A stretch of 64,000 bases of DNA, taken from the IMG/VR virus record IMGVR_UViG_3300032227_000993; one strand, 5' to 3'. A model generated the notes under the pieces. It saw nothing but the letters and a program-made list of their open reading frames with translations, was not told the origin of the DNA and made no database searches. Position numbers and translations under genes: made by a program. Every line of letters begins with the position of its first letter. Position 1 is the first letter of the stretch. This DNA is from a virus (lineage: Duplodnaviria > Caudoviricetes). Shown here piece after piece: positions 9,484 to 21,000 of this stretch.

Positions 9484-11145
9484 ATGGCACTTTACAAATA
9501 CACCCTTCCTTCCGGTTCTGAGTTTTCATTAAATGCTCCTGATGGGACCACACAAGCTCAAGCTGATCAAATTTTTTATGAGCAAGTGGCTGCTGGTACA
9601 TTTGTAGGTTACCGTGTGGGCGATAGTTTAACTCGTCCAGAAGAAGCCTTGAGCAATTTTGGTCTTACTCGATTAGAACGTGGTACAGCAGGTGTAGATG
9701 ATAGAACATTATTGGCAATAATACAAAACTTACCGCTGGTAAGTACTCTTCCCAATTTGAATGGTGTAGTGGCAAATTCTGTAACCCAAGCAGATGTGAT
9801 TTTGGCCAAAGAAGGCCTGGGCCCCACTGCAATTGGACCATTGTCTCCGCCACAAGTACAAACTATATTGGGACAAACGTTGGCCACAGTAGATCAGCCA
9901 TCTACCGAACTTACACAGGCCAAAGGCCTAGGTGCCTATGGTCTTAACGCACTACAACTTGAAAGAGCCTGTTATCTTAAGCCTGGCACAGTTGATAGAT
10001 ATCTTGGCGGAGTGGCCAGTAATACTTTTAGCAACCCTGCCAACTTTAAAGAAGTACTAGGCACTCCTGGAATTTGGACCGGCAAGGACGGAGTGACCAG
10101 CGCAGATATGTTGTTGGCAAGTCCAGAATTACAGGCCAAAGTACAAACTACATTGATGCAAAACAGTTACAAAACCTTGGTAAGCGCAGGAGTCATTGCT
10201 CCAAAAACTCCAGCGGCTTCTCAGCCATACACCGGTGCTGGCCAAGTGTATTCAAGCTCACAAACACTGGTGGCCACTACAGCTCTTACAGTGATTGCTT
10301 CTGGTCTTGGCTACAACGGATCTAACACGTTGTTTAGTGATTTTTCTGGATTGTTTAGAACAGCTCCACCTTCTGGATCTAATATTGTGAATAATATTCC
10401 TGGCGGAGATATCACCACTTTGGCCTCAGGAGCCATATCATCAACAGCTGGGGCGGTAGCCGCAGTAGGACAGGTTAACTCAGTAAACTCAGCCCTGACA
10501 GCAGCTTCGGCGGTTACCACAGCAGTCAATCAAGACATTGGTGCTTTGGTAGCTACCAGCAGTAAAGTAGGCACAGCAGTCACTACAGCCTGGGCACAAG
10601 GAACCAAAGTTCTTGATGATCCTAAAGCGGCCGCAGATAGATTACTTGCTGGAGCACAAGATCAAGCCAACTCACTGATCACAAATATCGAAGGGCAGGT
10701 AAGAACTGCCGCTGATACTGCTAGAAATCAAGCAACTGCCCTGGTTGATCAAGGCAAGCAAGCCATGGATAATTTGGCCAAGGCCGCTAAAAACGCCGTT
10801 GCCTTTGCTGATACCAAACTCAGTAGCTTGGTGGCAGGTGTAAAAAAAGCTGCCGCATTCAGCAACACAGTCGATCGCACCACAGTAGACGCTGCTATCA
10901 CTAGAGTTATTGGCAGTGACAAAATACCTAGTCCTAAATTTGAACTGCCAAACTTGGCAAGTTTAGGAGTCACTCAAGATATTGCCAAGGCCCAAGAAAT
11001 AATTAAACAAGCACAGGCAACCAGTACAGCAATTATCAATCAAGGGCAACAATTATATGCTCAAACAACGGCACTGGGCAATCAAGCACAGGCTGCAGTC
11101 AACAATGCGCAGAATCAAATCAACATCATTACACCTCGCGGTTAA
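9484..11145 (+). CDS. Virion protein with a putative lysozyme-like domain and an Ala-rich helical C-terminus
   Basis: GLGAYGL...YLKPG...WTGKDGV...Q...NSYKTL resembles tail-associated lysozyme-like domains; lies between the gp5-like and gp25-like genes. Confidence 0.45.
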   Translation: MALYKYTLPSGSEFSLNAPDGTTQAQADQIFYEQVAAGTFVGYRVGDSLTRPEEALSNFGLTRLERGTAGVDDRTLLAIIQNLPLVSTLPNLNGVVANSVTQADVILAKEGLGPTAIGPLSPPQVQTILGQTLATVDQPSTELTQAKGLGAYGLNALQLERACYLKPGTVDRYLGGVASNTFSNPANFKEVLGTPGIWTGKDGVTSADMLLASPELQAKVQTTLMQNSYKTLVSAGVIAPKTPAASQPYTGAGQVYSSSQTLVATTALTVIASGLGYNGSNTLFSDFSGLFRTAPPSGSNIVNNIPGGDITTLASGAISSTAGAVAAVGQVNSVNSALTAASAVTTAVNQDIGALVATSSKVGTAVTTAWAQGTKVLDDPKAAADRLLAGAQDQANSLITNIEGQVRTAADTARNQATALVDQGKQAMDNLAKAAKNAVAFADTKLSSLVAGVKKAAAFSNTVDRTTVDAAITRVIGSDKIPSPKFELPNLASLGVTQDIAKAQEIIKQAQATSTAIINQGQQLYAQTTALGNQAQAAVNNAQNQINIITPRG

Positions 11146-11157
11146 CTACGGTAAATA
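11143..11157 (+). promoter_or_regulatory. Putative late promoter (TAACTACGGTAAATA) before gp25
   Basis: TAAATA at 11152-11157, 6 nt before the ATG at 11164; near-identical 15-mer at 31750. Confidence 0.55.
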
Positions 11158-11163
11158 CACAAT

Positions 11164-11538
11164 ATGGCAACTTTCATTGGATTTAACACAATAGGACAAA
11201 ACAAACAGTTTACATCTGTTGATTTTGACCTGGTTAAAATTGATCTTCTCAACGCTTTTAACATTAGGCAAGGCGAATTGATAGGTCGACCCGGCTACGG
11301 AACAATATTGTGGGACTATCTATTTGAAAATCAAACGCAAGAAATAGAACAAGCAATCTATAATGAAGTCCAGCGAGTATGTGGTGGCGATCCAAGGATT
11401 TACTTGAACTCAACCAATGTGTACCCACAACAAAATGGTCTTTTACTTGAGTTAGAACTAATAATTGTACCCACTACAGACCCACAGCGGCTATCAATTT
11501 TCTTTGATCAAACGCAACGAATAGCTTCTTACGTATAA
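11164..11538 (+). CDS. gp25: Baseplate wedge protein, T4 gp25-like
   Basis: DLLNAFNIRQGELIGRPGYGTILWDYLFE...DPRI is the gp25/GPW pattern; 124 aa; directly upstream of gp6-like. Confidence 0.88.
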   Translation: MATFIGFNTIGQNKQFTSVDFDLVKIDLLNAFNIRQGELIGRPGYGTILWDYLFENQTQEIEQAIYNEVQRVCGGDPRIYLNSTNVYPQQNGLLLELELIIVPTTDPQRLSIFFDQTQRIASYV

Positions 11539-11559
11539 CTACCCAGTTTATTCCTGTAA

Positions 11560-11565
11560 TAAATA
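11560..11565 (+). promoter_or_regulatory. Putative late promoter TAAATA before gp6
   Basis: GTAATAAATA in the intergenic gap before the ATG at 11585; the same TAATAAATA occurs at 32541. Confidence 0.5.
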
Positions 11566-11584
11566 ATACAACAACGGAATAACC

Positions 11585-14500
11585 ATGGCAAAGACAACCA
11601 GACAAACTGCGATATTTGGAGTTGAAGATTGGAAAAGAATCTATCAAACTTACTCTGAAGGTAATTTTCAATCGTACGATTTTGAAACGTTGCGCAAGAG
11701 TTTTATTGATTACTTGCGCCAGTACTACCCAGAAACATTTAACGATTACATTGAGTCAAGCGAATTTATTGCCTTGTTAGATGTCATGGCCTTTATGGGA
11801 CAGGCAATAGCCTTCCGTACAGACTTAAATACCCGCGAAAATTACATAGATACAGCAGAGCGCCGTGATTCTGTTGTTAGACTTGCTAACTTGGTAAGTT
11901 ACACTCCTAAACGCAACACTGCAGCCAGCGGATATCTTAAAGTGTTTGCTGTATCCACTACAGAAAACGTGGTAGACTACAACGGCCTCAACCTTGCCAA
12001 CTTAACAATTAACTGGGCCGATCCATCAAACTTTGATTGGCAAGAACAATTTACAGCTATTATCAATGCCGCATTGGTAGATACACAGCGAGTAGGTAAT
12101 CCTGCCAACGATCAAATTATTCTTGGCGTCAATACAAAAGAATACACAATTAATTTAGTTCCTGGTTACTTGCCAGTTGTTCCATATTCGTCAGTTATCA
12201 GTGGTATTAGTATGCCATTTGAAGCAGTAAACGCATCAAGTCTTGGGTCTACTTTTGTTTATGAACCAGCTCCGCTACCCAATGGTAGATTTAATGTGTT
12301 GTATCGTAATGACGAATTGGGATTTGCCAGTGCCAACACAGGTTACTTCTTCTTTTTCAAGCAAGGTATTCTACAAAATCAAGATTTTAATTTAGCAGAA
12401 CGAATTGCTAACCGCACAGTAGATATCAACATTGAAGGCATCAACAACGAAGACGTTTGGCTTTATCAGTTAGACAACGTAGGCAACGTGACCAAAGAAT
12501 GGACTTATGTGCCATCAGTTTACGGGGCCGCCATTGAACAGATGACTCCTAACACTCGTACATTGTTCAGTACCACCAGCCGCACCAATGATCAAATTAC
12601 TTTGACATTTGGTGATGGTGTATTTTCAACCATCCCAGTTGGCCAATTCCGTAATTATGTTCGTGCCAGTAACGGCTTACAATACATTATCAATCCAGAA
12701 GAGATGCAGAGTGTACAAATTCCAATCAGCTATGTCAGTCGCGACGGTGGAATTCAAACCATTACATTTACCTGCGGCATTACTAACCCGGTAAGCAATG
12801 CGGCACCACGTGAAACTATTCAACAAATCAAAGAACGTGCTCCTGCCCGTTACTACACACAAGACCGCATGGTCAACGGCGAAGACTACACAAACTTTCC
12901 GTTTACAACATACAACTCTATTATTAAAAGTGCCGCTCTCAATCGTGCGTCTATTGGAACCAGTCGTTATCTTGATTTAGTAGACAACACAGGAAAATAT
13001 TCTTCAACAAATATTTTTTCTTCAGATGGCGCTTTGTACGAATACAATGCTACTCCAGCTTTTAGATTTACTTGGCAAACAGCCAATGACATTAACAATG
13101 TTATTCTTAATGAAATACAACCTGTGCTAATTGAAGAAGGCGCAAAACAATTTTATTATGCCAACTATCCACGTCCAAGTTTATTAACAATCAACTACAC
13201 CTGGCAAGAAAGTACCACAGTTGTAAATGAAACCACAGGTTATTTTCTTAATAGTGTTGGCACTCCAGCGCCAGTTGGCATTTATGTCAGTAACAATGCC
13301 AAATACATTGTAGAAGGTTCGTTGATTAAATTTACTCCGCCGACTGGTTATTATTTCAACGGTGACAATCAATTGGTTGCCGGAGTTCCTGTTAAAAATG
13401 ATGACAAATTAGTTATTTGGGCCAGCCCTACAGCAATTTATTTTGATGGCACCAACAACGGAGCAGGCAATTTAGCCGACGGCATGGGTCCTGTGGTATT
13501 AAACACGTATGTTCCTACTGGCGCTATTGCCAATCAAGTTATTCCATTGTTTATCACAGATCTTGGAACCACGGTACGCCAAGCCATCGCCAATCAAATT
13601 TTAACCAAGTCTAACTTTGGTCTTGGCTACAACAATCTTACAGCTACCTGGTATGTTATTACTTCCAGCAACATTGATCTCAATGCCCAATTCAGTTTGG
13701 CCAATGCCCAAAGTACAGCAGGTACAAATCTTGATGCCAGTTGGTTTATTCAATGTACCAACGATGGCACAAACTACACCGTTCAAAGTCGTAGTTTAGA
13801 TTATTTCTTTGGCAGCGTATTAGAAACACGCTTCTTCTTTTACACAGCACAACCAATTTATGATAGTCGCACTGGATCTGTTATTTCAGATTTTGTACGA
13901 GTACTTAAAACAAATAGCCAACCTGACAGCAACTATCCATTGGAAGGCGACACAACTTTAAAAATTATTGGACAACCTGTTCTTAGCGACGGCTTGGTTA
14001 ATGACTATCAGGTGTTGGTAAGTTATGCAGATAACAACACCGATGGTATTCCAGATAACCCAGATTTTTTCAATGACATTGTTGCTCCTAATGTGGCCAG
14101 TAATCAAAAATTGGTATTCTTCCAACAAACTGTTGACTTTGATAATCTTGAGCGTTACTTATTGGTAGAACCTGGCGTTGTCAACAGCGACTATCCTACA
14201 CTTGATGCTATTGAACTGGTCAAAGAACAATACGTAACTGGAAAAATATTTTATGCTTACAATCCTACAAATCAAGCAATAACTTCTACTTTTGATTACA
14301 CTCAAGGCACATTTTACACATTAACTGTGTCTTTGACAGGCACAAGAACCTTGACCCAAACTCCTGGCTGGGCTTGTGCTGTTGGCCGCCAGGCCTTGGC
14401 ATTCCAATATCGTCACAATTCACCATTGACCAATCGTATTGATCCAGGATCAACAAACATCATTGACGTTTATGTTGTCACATTAGAATACTACACCGCG

Positions 14501-15028
14501 TATCAAAGATGGATTCAAGATTCTACCAACACCGTAACTCAACCGCTACCACCAACCATTGACGAATTGACCACGGCCTACACAGGATTACAAAACTACA
14601 AAATGATCAGTGATAATATGATTATCAATAGTGTTGACTTCCAGCCGCTGTTTGGGCAAAAAGCCGACCCGGCTCTAAGAGCAACAGTCAAAGTTATTCC
14701 AGCTGCCGGCACATCAGCCAGTAATAATGAAATTAAAAATTTAGTTGTGGCTGCAATGAACGCATATTTTGATATCTCCTTATGGACTTTTGGCGAGACA
14801 TTTTACTTCTCAGAATTAGCGGCATACATACATTCACAAATTGGAACGTATGTGTCATCTGTAGTGTTAGTACCGCTTAACCCGCAAAAGAGTTTTGGAG
14901 ACTTGTATGAAATTCAGTGTGCCCCAAATCAAATTTTTGCCAACGGAGCCACAGTAAATGACATTGAAATCATTACAGCATTAACAAGTACCAATTTACA
15001 AACAGCGCCTGGTAGCGGAGTAATTTAA
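11585..15028 (+). CDS. gp6: Baseplate wedge protein, T4 gp6-like (1147 aa)
   Basis: YDFETLRKSFIDYL...FNDYIESSEFIALLDVMAF...ENYIDTAERRDSVVRLANLVSYTPKR, plus ETIQQIKERAP...QDRMVNGEDY. Confidence 0.85.
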   Translation: MAKTTRQTAIFGVEDWKRIYQTYSEGNFQSYDFETLRKSFIDYLRQYYPETFNDYIESSEFIALLDVMAFMGQAIAFRTDLNTRENYIDTAERRDSVVRLANLVSYTPKRNTAASGYLKVFAVSTTENVVDYNGLNLANLTINWADPSNFDWQEQFTAIINAALVDTQRVGNPANDQIILGVNTKEYTINLVPGYLPVVPYSSVISGISMPFEAVNASSLGSTFVYEPAPLPNGRFNVLYRNDELGFASANTGYFFFFKQGILQNQDFNLAERIANRTVDINIEGINNEDVWLYQLDNVGNVTKEWTYVPSVYGAAIEQMTPNTRTLFSTTSRTNDQITLTFGDGVFSTIPVGQFRNYVRASNGLQYIINPEEMQSVQIPISYVSRDGGIQTITFTCGITNPVSNAAPRETIQQIKERAPARYYTQDRMVNGEDYTNFPFTTYNSIIKSAALNRASIGTSRYLDLVDNTGKYSSTNIFSSDGALYEYNATPAFRFTWQTANDINNVILNEIQPVLIEEGAKQFYYANYPRPSLLTINYTWQESTTVVNETTGYFLNSVGTPAPVGIYVSNNAKYIVEGSLIKFTPPTGYYFNGDNQLVAGVPVKNDDKLVIWASPTAIYFDGTNNGAGNLADGMGPVVLNTYVPTGAIANQVIPLFITDLGTTVRQAIANQILTKSNFGLGYNNLTATWYVITSSNIDLNAQFSLANAQSTAGTNLDASWFIQCTNDGTNYTVQSRSLDYFFGSVLETRFFFYTAQPIYDSRTGSVISDFVRVLKTNSQPDSNYPLEGDTTLKIIGQPVLSDGLVNDYQVLVSYADNNTDGIPDNPDFFNDIVAPNVASNQKLVFFQQTVDFDNLERYLLVEPGVVNSDYPTLDAIELVKEQYVTGKIFYAYNPTNQAITSTFDYTQGTFYTLTVSLTGTRTLTQTPGWACAVGRQALAFQYRHNSPLTNRIDPGSTNIIDVYVVTLEYYTAYQRWIQDSTNTVTQPLPPTIDELTTAYTGLQNYKMISDNMIINSVDFQPLFGQKADPALRATVKVIPAAGTSASNNEIKNLVVAAMNAYFDISLWTFGETFYFSELAAYIHSQIGTYVSSVVLVPLNPQKSFGDLYEIQCAPNQIFANGATVNDIEIITALTSTNLQTAPGSGVI

Positions 15029-18000
15029 TGATAGCAAAAGTTCGGTCGGTTGACTTTTTACCTGAAATATTTCAGACGCCTGTCAACAAGCAATTTTTAT
15101 CAGCGACCTTAGATCAGTTAATTCAAGAACCGCAATTTACTACCACCCAAGGTTACATTGGGCAAAAAGTAGGTCCAGGTGTACAACCAGCTGACTACTA
15201 TGTGGTAGAATCGACCAAGCAACGCACAGATTATCAATTAGAACCTGGTGTTATCAGTGTAAACCCAACTGATGGCAAAATCAGTGATGCCATTACCTAT
15301 CCTGGTATTCTTGATGCCTTATCAACACAGGGAGCCTACACAGACAATGCTACTCGGTTGTTTTCAAGTGAATATTATTCTTGGGACCCGTTTGTTGACT
15401 TTGACAAACTGGTAAATTACAGTCAATACTACTGGTTGCCAGGCGGGCCTCTAGCAGTTGATGTGTCTGCTACAGATATTCCTGCCACTGACGACATCAC
15501 TGTCACAAGAGAAAACGGCGTTTACACGTTCAGTGGATATGCTGGCTCTAATCCAACAATTACTTTATTGCGCAACGGAAGTTACAATTTTATTGTGGCA
15601 CAGAATGACTCTGTTGCTGTAGATTTTCGTGTACAAAACAACGGATCAAGATACTGGATTATTGATTTTGAAAATAATCCAACCCTCACGTTGACTCGTG
15701 GCAACACATACACATTTAATTTGTCAGTGGATGGATTCTACCCATTCTACATTAAAACACAACCCACCTTTGGTACTACCAACGTTTACAACGATGGAGT
15801 TGTCAACAACGGTGCTGCCGAAGGATTGATCACATTCACTGTGCCGCAAGATGCCCCTGACACCCTGTACTATGTAAATCCAGCAGAGTTTAATCTTCGT
15901 GGCACCATGAACATCGTAGATGCCCAACCTGGTACTGGTCCGGGCTTCTGGATCCAAGCAGCGCCAGGAATTTCAGGCCGGTTACCTTGGAGTCCTAACA
16001 TTTCAAGTCGTGATGTATTGGGTGTACTCAACAACGGCACAGATTTAGGCACAGTAACATTCAATGTTCCAGATGCTCTGGCACAGAGTTTTTACACATC
16101 CATGCCTTACATCAACTATCCAACTCCTGGAGTAGGTAAAGTTGATTTAATTGTCAACGATTTATTGTTTAATCAAATTAATGCAATATCAGTAGATCAG
16201 TTTTTAAAAAATAATCCAAATGGCATCGATGGTATTACCAATCTCAATAATCGTACCTTGGTGTTTACTACACAAACAACTGACCCAGACTCTGGCGGTT
16301 GGGAAATTGAATCAGGATTTGACCCTTTGGTTCGAACAACAGGTCAGCAAGTATCAAAAAATATTGGATTCGATGTCACCGGGCAACCCTTTGACGATTT
16401 ACCGTATGATACCATCACCACGGTAATTACAGGGGTGCCAGATCCACAAGATGGAGAAATTGGATCTTTCGATATTCTTCCGCCAAACCCAACAATTCCT
16501 AACCCACCGGCATACAGTGGTTTTGGCGGCGCCACACCAATTACTGACAAAGAAGTTCAGTTCAGTGTATGGCAAATCCAATATGTCAATAATGCCGATG
16601 GTGTGCCATTTATTCAATTGAATAGTATTCTACCAGTTTCTGATTTGACCCAATTTAGTATTTCCTTTGGCTCAGAATATGTCAACACCAATTGGTACAA
16701 AAATTCTTCAGGCTTCTTTGAACAGATGCCTTTGTTAACAGCAACGCTGGATACTGTTTATTATCAAGACGGAACCGATCCTGAAATCTTTGGCCCTATC
16801 AATTTGATTGATGGAGATGTCAACGCATCTATTAATATTTTAACAGACATTCTTGGACAGAAAAATTACACCAGCCCCAACGGTGTGACATTTACCAACG
16901 GTCTCAAAGTTACCTTCCGTGGAAATGTCATTCCAAGCAGTTATCAAAACGAAACCTATTATGTTTATGGAGTTGGGTCCAGTATTACATTAACCCCAGT
17001 TTCGGTATTCATTACTCCCGAACAGTCCACACAGGTAATATCTGTAGGATATGATACAACGCCCTACGATTCTACAGGATTTGATCAGTCGCTGAACGAA
17101 CCTCTCGTGCCCAATTACATGACAATCAATATGGCAAGTATTGATCAGAATCCATGGACTCGTAGCAATCGGTGGTTCCATATTGATGTTATTAGACAAG
17201 CTGCTGCTTACAATCAAACAGCGCCGCTGTTTATCAACGCACAGCGAGCCCGTCGTCCTATTTTAGAATTCCGTGCCAACACACAACTTTACAATTTTGG
17301 AACTGAAGGAATAGCGCCAGTTAATGTGATTGACTTTACAGAAACTGATGCGTTGTCAAACATCAACGGATCTACCGCCTATGCTGTTGACGGATATCAA
17401 TTCCAACAAGATAGCTTGGTTGTTTTTGCGGCCGACACAGATCCCAATGTACGAAATCAGGTGTATCAAGTTAATTTTATTGTAGTAGACCCATCGACAT
17501 CAACAGTACCTATTATTGATCTAGTTCCAACTTCTTACAGCCCAGTACAAGCAAATCAGAATACTGTATGTTTAAGTGGAACCACACTCAAAGGTGTAAG
17601 CTATTATTACACTGGTACTGAATGGATAGAAACACAACAAAAAACAAAAACTAATCAACCACCGTTGTTTGATGTCTACGATGCCGCCGGTTACAGTTTT
17701 GGCAATACAACACAATATCCAAGTACTAACTTTACTGGTTGTAAATTATTCAGCTATGCCGAAGATACCAACAACACCGTAGATCCAGTATTAGGAATTC
17801 CTTTGGCATTTTTTAGTCTAAACAATATTGGTGATATTGAGTTTAGTAATAATTTGTACACTGATACTTTTGTTTACACACCGGTATCCTCAGGTGTTAC
17901 AGTAGATGTCAGTTCAGGTTTTGTTAGACAGTACTCAACTAGAGAACTATATATTCGTGAAATTGGCTGGCAAACAGCAGCAATACCATCAACACAGCGC

Positions 18001-21000
18001 CAGCAATTCCAATTTACCTATGACGGCAATCCATTACAGTTAGATATTTTAGTTTCATCTGAAACTATTGTAACACCTATTCAAATTTTTATCAATAATG
18101 AATATCAAACACCCAATACCTATGCTGTAACTACCAATACCACTTCTAATACCACATCAATTAGATTGACCGGTACAGGATATGTTGTGGGCGATATCAT
18201 TGAGGTATTGGTATTGAGCGATCAAACAAGCGCACAAGCCTTTTATGAAGTGCCTATCAACCTTGAAAACAATCCATTCAATGCCAACTCGCCTTTCTTT
18301 ACACTTGGAACTATTCGTGGCCACTATGGCACCATCTGTGAGAATTTAATTGAACTCCGTGGCCCTATCAATGGTGCCAATAACAGTCGCGACCTTGGTG
18401 ATATTGTTCCTTACGGCACACAAATTGTACAACAGTCTGCTCCACTGACATTGGCTGGATATTTCCTTCGCAGTAACGAATACAATATTTTTGCGTCTAT
18501 TGAATACAATAGTCGTGAATACATCAAGTACAAAAATAAATTGTTGACCACTGTGGCCAACATGGATATCAGCACAACAATGACTGTGCCAGAAATTCTT
18601 GATACAGCACTTTTACAAATCAATGCTAGTCTTACCAGCTCCAGTCCGTTTTACTGGAGTGATATGTTACCGGTAGGAACCAATTTCACATCAAATTCTA
18701 CTACGATAACACCAATTAGCACACAAACATTTAATACTATTCAAACTTATGATTTTACATCATCTAACTATCTAGGTTTATTGGTATATCTTAATGGCAT
18801 TTTATTATTGCGTAATACAGATTATACAGTATCTGTAGATGCTCCTAAATTAACAATTTTAGTTCCGTTGAGTGTGGGTGATGTGGTTACAATCGATGAG
18901 TATCCTACCACAGTAGGCAACTGGTGTCCTAATACACCAACAAAGATGGGCTTGTATTCTAAGTATCGTCCTGAGATTTTCCTTGATGAAACCTACACTT
19001 CTCCTACTCTTGTAATTCGTGGGCATGATGGATCTATAACAGTGGCGTTTACTGATATCCGTGATGAAGTATTATTAGAATTTGAAAAACGCATTTACAA
19101 TAACATTAAAGTTGACGATAATCCAATTCCGCTTTCGACAGATCAAGTTACTCCCAACTTCTTCCCAGCAGAAACCACTGGATTGTTACCAGGCTTTTTC
19201 CGACCAACACCATACACTTTCACAGAAATTAACACAATTTTAAGTCAAAGTTTCTTGACCTGGGTTGGTCAAAATAATCTTGATTACACTCAGCAAGATT
19301 ATCAGGAAACTGATCCATTCACATACAACTACAGCCAATCTGGCAATCGTATCAATGAACAACTATTGCTAGGCAACTGGCGCGGCATTTACCGTTATTT
19401 CTACGACACAGAAACACCTAATCTCACACCATGGGAAATGCTTGGCTTCTCTGAAATGCCTGCGTGGTGGGAATTACGTTATGGTCCAGCTCCTTACACC
19501 AGTGGCAACCTGGTGCTGTGGGATGATTTAAGAATAGGTTTAGTTGCGGATCCAGTGGCACCCTACATACTTTCTGAATATGCTCGCCCTAGCCTGATCA
19601 TGAAAGGTGTGATCTCAGTAGCGGTAATCAATGGCGGATCAGGATACACTTCGCCACCTGTGGCAGTCATTTCAGCCCCACCTGCTGGCCGTGATTTTAT
19701 AGCAGCTCAGTTGGGTACTCCAGTGATTCAAAATGGCGTAATTGTGTCAATTCCAGTGATTAATTCTGGTAGAGGATACGAAACACCTCCAACAATTTCT
19801 ATTATTCCTGCCGCAGGAGATACCACCGGTACCGGAGCCACTATCACAGCCACAATCGATACGGTTGTTTCAATTCTGCCGGTTGGTTCCGAAGGCGAAT
19901 TATTGTCACCGCTTGAGTCACTAATTGGTTTCTACGATAATCTAACCTTTAAGAAATCCTGGGTAGCTGGTGACGGCGGCCCTGTACAGGCTTCCTGGTG
20001 GAAATCAAGTTCATATCCATTTGCCATCATGCGTATGTTGGCTCTTACCAAGCCGGCAGAATTTTTTGCCTTGTATGCCGATCGCGACTTGTACCGTTAC
20101 AACACTGAGTTAGGGCAATTCCTTTACAACGACCGCTATCGTTTAGATGCCAACGGTGTCCAAGTGTATGGCAATGGCATTTCAAAAGCATCCTACATCA
20201 ACTGGATTGTAGATTACAACCGACAATTGGGTATCAATTCAACTGACACACTTACTACGGCTCTGGCCAATTTAGATGTTCGTCTATGCTATCGTATTGG
20301 CGGCTTCTCTGATCCGGTGTATCTTGCGGTTTACACCGAACGCAATGGTCCAGGATCAACAAATAATTCCTTGTTAATTCCGCCCGAAAGCTATGAAATT
20401 TTATTCTACAAGAACCAACCATTTGATCAGCTTACTTACAGCGCACTCATCATTGAACAGACACAAAATGAAAACGGCGTAATAACATATTCTGTTTATG
20501 GTTACAGTAACATGCAACCTTACTTCAATGTCCAGGTTAGTAGCCCTGTTGGATTGTATGAAACATTAGAAGCTGGCGGACTTGCTGTACAAGTGCCAAT
20601 ACAATACACACAAAATGTAGCCCAAGTTCCTTATGGATACTCATTTACCAATGCTGCTGGTGTTTGCGATTTTATTTTGGGATACGGTACATATCTTGAA
20701 AGCCAAGGACTAATATTTGATGATCGATTCAACGGATATGAACTAAACTGGAAGCAAATGGCCAAAGAGTTCTTGTACTTTGCGGCACAAGGCTGGGCTC
20801 CGGGCACAATGATAAATCTAAATCCAGTGGCTACCACTCTTAAAGCAGTCAAGCCAATCAGCATTGTTGATACCATTGCCAGCCTTACACCTGAAAATAT
20901 GTTGCTTGATCAATATCGTTTCGTATTGGAAGCTCGTAATTTAGTTATTAATCGTGAAAACAATGTATTCTCTATCACTTCAACCAATGGCCAAACAATT

